Shown piece after piece: positions 12,001 to 21,900 of a stretch of 64,000 bases of DNA. Position 1 is the stretch's first letter; each line of letters begins with the position of its first letter. The notes below the pieces were generated by a model that was not told the origin of the DNA, ran no database searches, and was given only the letters and a program-made list of their open reading frames with translations. This DNA comes from Lingula anatina (taxonomy: Eukaryota > Animalia > Brachiopoda), in assembly GCA_051362555.1 (NCBI GenBank), contig CM120645.1:16492001-16556000 (forward strand). The letters are read 5' to 3'. A program made the translations under genes and the position numbers.

Positions 12001-13090
12001 ATGCTATGCGCTTTTTCAAATACTCCTTTGATGCCATCAGGTAACTGATAGAGATGAAGTTCGACTTGCTGATGTGGGACTGACAAAACCGCAGTGTGAC
12101 ATCACTGGTACACTATGTGGAACACTGGTTTACATGGCACCAGAAATTCTGAAGAAGGAAAAGTACGGAGCACCTGCAGATATGTTTGCAATTGGGGTCA
12201 TGCTTTGGGAAATGTGGTATGGGAAACGTGCCTACAATCTGCCTTGCTTTGAGAACTTCGAAAATATATCAGATTTTTTGAAGGTGAGTTATACTTCATT
12301 GAATGAGTTACTGTTAAATCGGTGCGCACTGAATATGCTTCAGAGAAGTATATCGTCTCTGGCATATTTCATCATAAAATTCATTTGACAAAAGGGGAAA
12401 TTGGTCTCACTCGAGTTTAAGAATCGGGAACTACTGCAAATAACTTTTACACATTTATTTGGTGGGCATTGGTAGAGATGGTAAATTGTACGTATTCTGA
12501 AGCCCACGGTGATTAACATAAATGTAGCCATTTATATTACATGAGTGAAAGTTTCTAGGAATATACCTGATTTCGGGATTTTTGGTTTTCATTTGATAGA
12601 TTATTTCATATGGTCTAAATAAGGATGAGAAGTAAGCGTTAAGAAATTGCAAGTTACGTTTTCAGGATTTTCAGTGTCTTCAACTTTCACACGTGATTTA
12701 AATATCTGTGTTTCAAAAAACAGATTTACCCTCCTTAATCTCCCTATAACACCAGTTTAAACCGAATACTGATTTACTCTCAAAAACTTTGACTAAACTC
12801 AAACAAAAAACAATTAAACGGGAGAGATTGTAAACCATTAAGATTTAACACTTTTCCCTGTTGTGAATACATATACTTCATATTGTGAGAAAGGGGCTTT
12901 AACATTTGACTTTAATTTCCAGCTTGACTGGACATCACTTATTATCCTTAAGGGTTTTACACCGCCGCCGTCCATGTGGTGCGAGAAGTTAGGAAAGCTG
13001 CTTTCCCCCACACCATCTGAAAGACCAACAGCAAGCCAAATAGAGAGATTTCTTGCAGAAGAAACCCACAAAAGATATCGTCATAATTAA
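6007..13090 (+). CDS. Dynamin-like GTPase / membrane hairpin / protein kinase fusion (DSTYK-like architecture), paralog B, ~1019 aa
   Basis: Exons 6007-6198, 6457-6664, 7082-7371, 7708-7848, 8632-8877, 9837-9949, 10126-11277, 11473-11779, 12041-12283, 12923-13090; all GT-AG, phases consistent, total 3060 nt. GTPase motifs: G1 GETGAGKS, G2 LLPTDFFSCTA, G3 DSPG, G4 NKWD. Helical stalk followed by hydrophobic VIIGVTSPIWIPIGLVAALFVVPVALGVAL. Kinase motifs: ATGTFGEVY, AAAK, HRDLKPEN, DVG, GTLVYMAPE, DMFAIG, ERPTA. Confidence 0.92.
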
Positions 13091-14234
13091 TTTCCAGAAT
13101 ATTGTGGATAGCAACACAATCTCAATATGGACACCTTCTTTCTAGACATAGACTGATAAAGATTAATGAATTTTGAGGGGGATATGTTGGCCCAGGCTCT
13201 GAAGACACTTTGGATTAGAGCATTTCTGGTAAAGGGGAGATCCTTTGCCACTTGATTTCCAATATCTTGCCACAGGTTTTCAATGGGGTTTTGCATCTGA
13301 TGATTGGGCAGGCCAGTCCACCCTGTTGATACCACTCTTGCACTGCCCTGGCCCTGTTTGGTGTAGCGTTATCATCTTGAAATATGTAAGGGGGTTCCTG
13401 TCCAATAAGATTTTTCAGACCTACGAACCTTCAGACTATCGAGATGCCTCTGTCCGGGCAATGGTTCTTGTAGCCCATGTCACTCCTCTGCATCTGTTTA
13501 CCAAGTGATGGGTGGCTACCTCCTGTCAATCCTGCTGTGAAAACCTGAAGCATGGAGCCTTCTTTGTACAGTTATTGTGCTAATTACAACCTGCAAACTG
13601 CGCGACCATTGCAATGTTAATTTCCTGCAGGGCTTAAACCTCCTAAGCCTTGACAGCATAAAAAGGCGCCTGTCGTCTCTGGTATTAGTCATCCTTGGGC
13701 TGCGACTTCGATGTAATTTATGGGCATCACCAGTGTCCTCCATCCTTCTGTAAACCCTATACACAGGCTGATGAGATACACCATATCTGGCAGCTGACTG
13801 GGTAACATTGATACTCTCCTCCCTCAGAGAAACAATGTCATTTCTCTCATTTGTGAGCTCCCGTACCGTCAACATGGTTGCAACGTGCAGGGCCGTAGCC
13901 TGAGCAAAATGCCAGAGGGGGCAGTAAGCGGACACAAGGGGGTGAAGCCCCTGAGGGGGGAGGGGGTGTCCCCCTACCAGTGTGGAAAATTCTAAATCCC
14001 AGGGGGGGGGGGCAGCTGCCCCCCCCCCCTGCCCCCCCTGGAGGCTATGGCCCTGATGTGACAGCTAGCAGGACCATTTTACCTTCCGAGGCACCTTTAG
14101 TAGAACACATGGATGAAAACTCATCACTGGTAAAGCAAGCATTAAACAAAAAAAAAACTTGTTGAACAAACAGGTCCCCCATGTCACATAGAGCACTATT
14201 CACACAGGGGGTGCAATACTTATGTCACCCTCTG
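13087..14234 (-). mobile_element. Decayed Tc1/mariner (Tc1-type DDE) transposon with frameshifted transposase
   Basis: ATG at 13875. Paired-like HTH region with RSRSPRMTNTRDDRRL and ISTITVQRRLH. Catalytic remnants FQDDNA and WPAQSSD..NPIENLW across frameshifts, with an internal deletion. One TIR-like end CAGAGGGTGACATAAGTATTGCACC at 14234-14210; no second TIR found. Confidence 0.88.
13888..14055. mobile_element. GC-rich hAT-like MITE nested in the Tc1 5' region
   Basis: TIR CAGGGCCGTAGCC / GGCTATGGCCCTG; 5-bp flanks ACGTG / ATGTG; internal G-run/C-run hairpin. Confidence 0.75.
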
Positions 14235-15655
14235 TGCATTCTAATCACCATGTCCATTTGGCGTTTTCTGGGCAGGTAATGATTAAATGTTGAATCATAT
14301 ATCGTTTTTTTAATGAATAGAAATTCATAACCAGTAGGTCACTGTTGCACAATATAATTTTTTTTTTCAAAAATAATTTGTCATGTTTTCTATGAAATTT
14401 GATTAATTTGATTTTTTTTAATTTTAATTTTTCTTTTACTATTCAACTAACCTAGTCTTTTTTTCTGTTCCTTTGAATAATTTTTTTTTTAGTCAATGCA
14501 CATATAACTTGTTATCTTTGATACCTAGTATTGCCAGCTTTTGAAAACAATTATATGCATGTGGTTATGTAAAAAAATGTGTCAAGTAGCCATGATCATC
14601 GACAGAAGTAGTGTAGTCGCAGTTTGTCATAACTTAAATATTTATAGCTGGCTGTTTGGGCACTTCCTACTTTTAACAACATTGGTATAGAGGTGTTTTT
14701 TATATTTTTAATTTTATTTAACCTGAAGTAATCACGCTGTGAACTTTTTTTTTAAAATAAATGTAATGCTTCTGTGTGATGTTGTCTTTGTTTTACAACA
14801 CTGTGACCACGAAATCAAATTACTTAGAATTAATGTTTTAAAAAGTGCAGTTATGCCATGATGATTCTGTTTAACCAATGGGCAGACCTGACAAAAGTGG
14901 TATAACATAACAAATGCATGAAAACTGGTATTATGCAGATTGGATTTCAAAACACGACTTTAAGTAGTCAAAAAGTGCAATGTGTACCATCATTTTATAC
15001 CTCATTTAATGTGTGCACCGGGTAATCTGAATATTAGGTTGCATATGACAGAGGCCATTAGTATTGTGAGGGAATAATAGAGGCATTGTATTCTTTCAAC
15101 ACATATTTTCCCAGGCATTCTTAGGTTTCTGAGTGCACTACCATTAATTTGCCCCATTGTTATGGTCAGTGCAAATGTTTTGCTCATATTAAAAAAATTC
15201 CAGGTGCATATTAAGTGCAAAATTTTGAATGACATTCAAAGTGTATTCCTACTGCATTTTAAATATTCCCATTATATTCCACTAGCATTCGAAGCATTCA
15301 GAGGCATTGAAGGATTACTGAAATATTTGGGTCAATTTAAATTCAGATAAATTTAAAATATCCAGGAATATCATCATTTTAGCACTCCAAATCATTCCAT
15401 CTCATGTGACTTGGATATAAGGTCAATATAAAATCCTGAATGTGGCACAAATTTTGAATATTGTTCATTCCAGCTTTCTGCTTGATTCCTTCAGCCTCTT
15501 GATTTCAGGTAAGTGTGATAGGGGTATTACTTAAACAATTGACATTCCTTCCTTAAACCAATACTTTTGTGTAACCCTAGCCTGTACTAACCAACAGGAC
15601 CCTGTTCTCCCATGATTTCCATAACTACCATCCATGCCTCACCAATGTAAAGGTT

Positions 15656-17522
15656 AACAAGGCAGCAAAGCTGTCAAATGTACAGACAAAAAACAGAAAA
15701 TAAAGATGCAAATAAGTGAAAAATTAAATTTTCACAAAAAACTGTTAAATTGCCAGAAAAATTTACCAAACAGACTGCATTGCCTATTGAAGCTGTATGT
15801 TAGACCCATGTTTCTTTCCTGTAAGTTTGAGAACAGTAAGTGACATGATTTCCCTTAAATGGTCATCATAGGAGCAGTGCCCAAAATAGGGGTTTCTTCA
15901 AATTTTGATGCAACATTACATAATGTTGAACAGCATGATGACAATCAAATGTTATTAATAAAATATTAGTAACATGGACATTCAGAAAATGTGACAAGCA
16001 AAAGTCTTCAGGATCATGGAACTTTAAAGTCACACCTTGTAAATGCCAATATGTGAAAAATTAAATTTTCACAAAAAAACTGTTTAACTGCCAAAAAAAA
16101 AAAGAAAGAAAAAAAAAACCAAACAGACTGCATTGCCTACTGAAGCTGTATTTTAGTCCCAGGTTTCTTCCCTGTAAGTTTGAGAACAGTAAGTGACATA
16201 ATTTTCCTTAAATGGTCATTATGGAAGCAGTGCCCAAAATAGGGGTTTCTTCAAATTTTGATAATGTTTAATGACCATCGATTTTTAATTATAAAATATT
16301 TGTATCACAGATATTCAGAAAATGTGACTAGCAAAGGTCTTCAGGCCCATGGAACTTCAAAGTCACACCTTGAAAATGCCAAAATGTAAACAAGACAGCA
16401 CTGTTCTGAAATGGGTTTATTTCCATTTTTAACACTTTTTTAACATAAAACAAAATAAACATTTTACTGCCATTTTTATATGATCAACTAAGAAAATTGA
16501 TGAGATGGGAAAACTATCAATAGAACAGTGTTAAATGTCCAATTTCCTCCATTCTGAGATTCTGAACATAGTGGATGATTGAATCTGACAAACTGCAATG
16601 ATATGAGTTTATTTCCATTTTTGACACTTTATTACACAATACATGATAACAAGTTTACCATGTTTTTTACATAATCAACTAACAATGTTGTAAAGATGCA
16701 GGAAATATCAAACAAACACTTTTAGGCATCTTATTAGTTAAATAATGAGACTGTTAACATGCCTAATAATTGAATCTGAAGACGTGAAAAAACAGTATAA
16801 CTTCTAAAATAATGGCCCGATTATGCTGATTTTGGAACTCAACCTGCGTTTTAGTAAGATTGACCACTCCTGTGAGTATAATTACAATTGGCCAATCTGT
16901 TTTTCTTATATTGTGTTATCAGTGTTGCATTTATATTGAAAATAGTGAAAAAACAGCATAAATTCCCTAAAAGTGACCCAATCATGCTGATTTTCGAACT
17001 CGACCTGCGTATTATGAATATTCATCAGTTCTGTAAGTTTCAAGTCAAAAGGTAAAATGGTTTTCCACTTATCGTGTTATCGGTGCTGCATATATGCTGA
17101 AAAAAGTGAAAAAACAGCATAAATTCCCTAAAAGTGACCCGATCATGCTGATTTTCGAACTTGACCTGCGTATTATGAATATTCATCAGTTCTGTAAGTT
17201 TCAAGTCAAAAGGTAAAATGGTTTTCCACTTATCGTGTTATCGGTGCTGCATATATGCTGAAAAAAGTGAAAAAACAGCATAAATTCCCTAAAAGTGACC
17301 CGATCATGCTGATTTTCGAACTTGACCTGCGTATTATGAATATTCATCAGTTCTGCAAGTTTCAAGTCAAAAGGTAAAATGGTTTTCCACTTATCGTGTT
17401 ATCGGTAAAAGTGCACGGCGACGACAGCGACGACGGCGACGACAGCGATGACAGCGACGACGGCGACGACAGACGCAGGTGATGGCTATATGTACAGACA
17501 CAGATGTGTCTGTACATAAAAA
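15656..17522 (-). mobile_element. Helentron-associated non-autonomous element (HINE/DINE-1/pearl-like) with internal tandem arrays
   Basis: End AACAAGGCAGCAAAGCTGTC (short stem-loop). SubTIR ATGTACAGACA (15678-15688) / TGTCTGTACAT (17507-17517). Terminal 14-bp hairpin 17489-17518. GACGAC(A/G)GC microsatellite ~17419-17476. Internal tandem repeats. A shorter relative lies at 59068-59810. Confidence 0.75.
16784..17406. repeat. 161-bp tandem repeat, ~4 copies
   Basis: Units start GTGAAAAAACAG at 16784, 16945, 17106 and 17267. The last three are nearly identical and the first is diverged. Confidence 0.92.
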
Positions 17523-18463
17523 TGAAGATGAGTTATCTGCACATTTGACAGTTGTAGCCGACTTGCATCCTAGTTACAGTTTACAAGAAACATCTTGTTT
17601 GTCAAGCAGTTGTCGTTAGTTATTCTACGTAAAATGGGTCCCAGGCCATGAACAAATTCAGTATAAACATGTTAAAGTTAAAGCTTAAACTACATTTTAG
17701 GACTCATTCACCCAACATCCATATCATTTTAAAGAAACATACAACTTTTCTACTAGTATCATCCCCTCCTTCAAGAAGCAATACTGATAAGTGCCAGTTT
17801 CCTCCCCAAGTTGAACTGACATTATGGCTGCAGCATTCACAGTTATAACAATCCTGTGTAATCAATTCAAAAACAAAAAAACTATTATTTTTTAAACCGC
17901 AAAGTGCACTAAATAATTTCCTTGTAGCAAAAATATAAACAATAGTATACTTGTGCACTTTAGACTACTTGGCATCTTCCATTTCATCAAGTCACATGCT
18001 TCAGTAGGGATCAGAGATTTTGATATTTTATTTCTAACATCGTGTACAGCAACAGGAATCACTGCTTAACTTCCATTATTAAATAAAACAATTCTGACCC
18101 AGTTTTTCTTTCAAATTTCATTTATTGACAGCAAAACATAACAGGGTAAAAATCACAAACAGGGTACGTATAATGCCCTAAGGAAACCAATAAAACGTTT
18201 TTGTCCTCTTTGAAACAAACATCACAAAAGCAGTAGAAAACACTGTGAACTTTCACACTTAAACAGAAATATGTACGAAACCATGAGCACTTTCACCTGT
18301 GCACTGAAATGATTTCCATACCCTTGCTCAGATCTGTTGGATACCATGTAACCTTATAAGATACCATTCATCATCTTCTGAAAAACATGTTTAATTCTTA
18401 GTCATTTTACTTGAACTAAATTTAATACTGTCTCACTTAATCGGACACTCAAAACTATCTAGC

Positions 18464-18625
18464 CAGGGGCGGATCCAGATATATTTTCTAACAGTCTTCC
18501 AAATTATAAAATCCGTCCCCATTTTTGACTGTCTTCCACGAGAAGAAATAAGATACCCGTCAGTATAAACTTGAAAATCTGACAGACTTCCAGAAGACCC
18601 AGAAGATGTCCTAAATCCGCCCCTG
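18464..18625 (+). mobile_element. hAT-like MITE, CAGGGGCGGAT family, copy 1
   Basis: TIR CAGGGGCGGAT / ATCCGCCCCTG; flanks CTAGC / CAAGC; internal sequence matches copies at 48764 and 56901 in reverse orientation. Confidence 0.85.
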
Positions 18626-18935
18626 CAAGCAATCATGTCAGCAGTGCCAGTTTCCATTTTGTACCTAGGACTGCTTGAGGATAACAAATGCCCTAAATCT
18701 GGAGCTTATTATCCATCCAAAAACCCTCAAGATAAGCATAGCCCAACTATAAGTAAAAGGTCTAGCCCCTGTTTCACACAACATCTTCTAAAATATTGAA
18801 AGTTGGTGTAAGGTTTCTGGCCAAGATTTTTAATTTGACCCCCAAGTTAAAATAAGTAGTAGTCAAATGAATGAAATATTTTTATCTGATAGACAAGCAA
18901 TTGTACACCAACACAAATAGTATCCATAGTATTTC

Positions 18936-21900
18936 TTATACAACTGGTGACTGTATATCAATCTGCAAAGCTTCCAGCAATGCTTCTTTCTCAGCTAGTT
19001 TATCTTTAAGATTTGCAATCTCGTCAATTTGCTTTGTGATTGTATTCCTCAGTGACTTGATAATCTGATCTTTGCTCAGGAAAAGTTCGCTCTGCAGTAC
19101 ATCAGTGGCAGATGGGCGCCTGACAGGAGTCGGGTCTGTCAGCAGATCTATTGTTTGAGCCTAAAGAAAATAAATTCAAACATATGTATTTATATAAGTC
19201 CATAATCTATAAAATTGAAAATAATAATGTTTCAGCAAAGTGATGAAATGATTTGTTGGCATACTTAAATAAATCACAAAGTTTGATTTTGAAATTATTC
19301 TTAACATTTTAGCAGATTTGAATCGATTAGTACATAGTGAAATGGAGTAATAAACCTACATAACAAATAAATGTCTAGACTGGCAAACCCAATTTTAAAT
19401 TCTACTTCTGCTACTGTACACTAGTACTTCCATGCATCTCATAATATTAGTTATCAATACTCACAACGATTGGCCAGTTTGTCCTGATCACCTGGGGAAT
19501 GACTTCAGTGCTGCCACCTTTCAGAGCCATCAGACACTGTATTCTCTCCATCTCTGTCCCAAATGGATGAAACAGTTCAAACAATATCACCCCTAGGCTG
19601 TACATATCACTCTGAAAAGAGATTGGTGGTGTTATCTAATCAATAATTCTACACATACTTAATATTTCTTTTTTCCAATATAGCCTCCATTAATCCTGAA
19701 TTCAATTTGACACTTCTACCTCTGTGACCTGTTAATATTTTTATTTCAAAATATTGATTAAATGCATTTGATAAATCAAGATGAGACACCAACACTAATT
19801 ATTCAGCCAAAGTTTTTTTTTTTTTTTTTTTTTTTTTTTTGCATGATTTATACTCTATAAGACCATAATCATTCTTGTTCACACATATATTGAACAGTAA
19901 TGAATTCAGAAATTTCTCTGGTTTTCATTCACTTTCTCTTTCTTAGTGTTCATAGATACAATTCATGTTCAAATAGTCACCTTGGAAACTATGGAAAATG
20001 AAAAAGGCTCGAGCTTGTTTTAGGAAAAAATCTAGTTTTTATTGACTATTCAAAGTCCATTCCACCCTGTAGCAGGTTGAGGTCAAGTTTCTTAGTGTAA
20101 ACACTCACCTTGCTATCATAACATGATCCAGCTAGTTGCTCAGGTGCAGCATAAATACTGGTCCCTATCCCTGAGGTGTAAGGGGTCTCATTGCAGGAAC
20201 TCCATGCAGCTGACACTAAAATCAAACACAGTGTGATTCATTAAAATAATACCACAATTGATTTTATTGAATTTTTCACTACATGCATTATTTTACCATT
20301 TTGCTAAAACCATTCCCTTCAATTCCAAGCTAATTATATAAATCATATTTTACATTTTTAGTAATTATGAATGATAACCCCAAGTGTTGGTCAAACAAAA
20401 TAAAATATATTTTTTTAACTTTTTAAGATTACAGTCATATTGTGGAGAGACCAGGGGAAGGTAATAAGTCTGGCACCTGTTAATTATAATTCATAGCCCC
20501 ACACATGTAGCAGCTAGAGTTTTATACTCTCCATGGAGGTGAAATCTATTTATGACCAGGCAAATCCATAAGGACCAGGCATAAATTGCTGGCTGATCAT
20601 TGGATCATCAGGTTTAAAGACCAATTTCTTTACTTTTATCTATATTTTAGATTTTACCCAACCTGTCAAAATAATTTGAATTTTCAGATAAATAAATTAA
20701 GTCCACTGTATAAACATGAGGTCAGTAAATTTGGTGTTTTCTGTTCAGAACTAACAAACTGTATACTTTTAGATACAAAGAGATAAAACATAAGAAATAT
20801 TTTTCTCTCACTTGTATTTTTTCCAAAAGGACTGAGTGGGAACACGGTAGGGCTCTCCAGTAGGACATCTTCCCTCGTCAAACCAAAGTCTCCAATCTTC
20901 ACCTGAAGCTTGTCCCCATGGAGGAATATATTCCTTGGCTAAAACAATTCATATGAAAAGATATGGTCATAAATAATAACTAAAATATATGATGGTAGTG
21001 AAAGTTTTCAATCAAGAAAAGTAAGAAAAGCTGGCCAAGTCATGTTGACAGAGACACAGGTCTTTCATATTCAAGTTGGTTCAGTCATAGCTGGGGAGCC
21101 TGCAGGAGAACCTGTCTTGAGTGATGAAGGTTGACAATGATTTAACAAGAAAATAATGCTAAGCACTCTGAGTTTCAGAGGTGACTGCTAATACATGCAA
21201 GTCTCCAGTAACCACTGAATTCTAGGGTGGCTAGAAATATCAAGGAATTGGGGGGGGGGGATGTCCAAGGGTTCAGTCAGAATCAAAATTTATATTAAAA
21301 AAAATTCCCTTTTTTTGGAATTGCTGGCAACAGGTATGTACAGTACATATAAAGAATCTAAAACACACCTTGAGGTCTCTGTGTATCAATCCCTGTGAAT
21401 GTATGTACTCCGCCCCTTTAAATATCTGCTTGGCAATCCACATCAGTTCCTCCACCTTCACAACAGAGAATGGATCTGAAAACAAACAAAAAAAAGAGCA
21501 AATGTAGAGGGTTTTTAGATCATCAGTCTGAAAATAAAAGTTACATATTTACTTTACTGCACAAAATCTTTTCATCCAATTCTCGATTTTTTATGCAAGG
21601 TTGTTGGAACCTTTCTGTCACCTAGTCCAGTTTTGTATATATATATTGGATGCATAAATGTGTGTGTCTGTGAGTGCAGGTGTATGTGTGTGTGCATAAA
21701 AACATTTAAATTATATTATATGTTTAATTCAAATCACCATAGTCCTACCCTGTCCAGTCTGTAAACAACCGTTCCTCTCACTGAGCCACTCCCCCAGTGT
21801 GTGGGAGCAGAGCTGCATCTGGATATACAGAGTCACTTTATTTGTCACAAAAGTTTCACAGGGCACTGCAGTGTGCATAATACTGTGTATCTCACTGTCT

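Noticed and set aside
6007-13090. Assigning the symbol DSTYK or MFN
   Set aside because: The architecture is DSTYK-like, but the motifs differ (DVG, intact G boxes) and a paralog is adjacent. Orthology cannot be established without a phylogeny.
16784-17406. CRISPR-like regular array
   Set aside because: Whole 161-bp units repeat with no unique spacers, the context is eukaryotic, and no cas genes are present.
17489-17518. Hairpin as a terminator or pre-miRNA
   Set aside because: Too short for a pre-miRNA and explained as the HINE terminal structure, also present at ~59785-59807.
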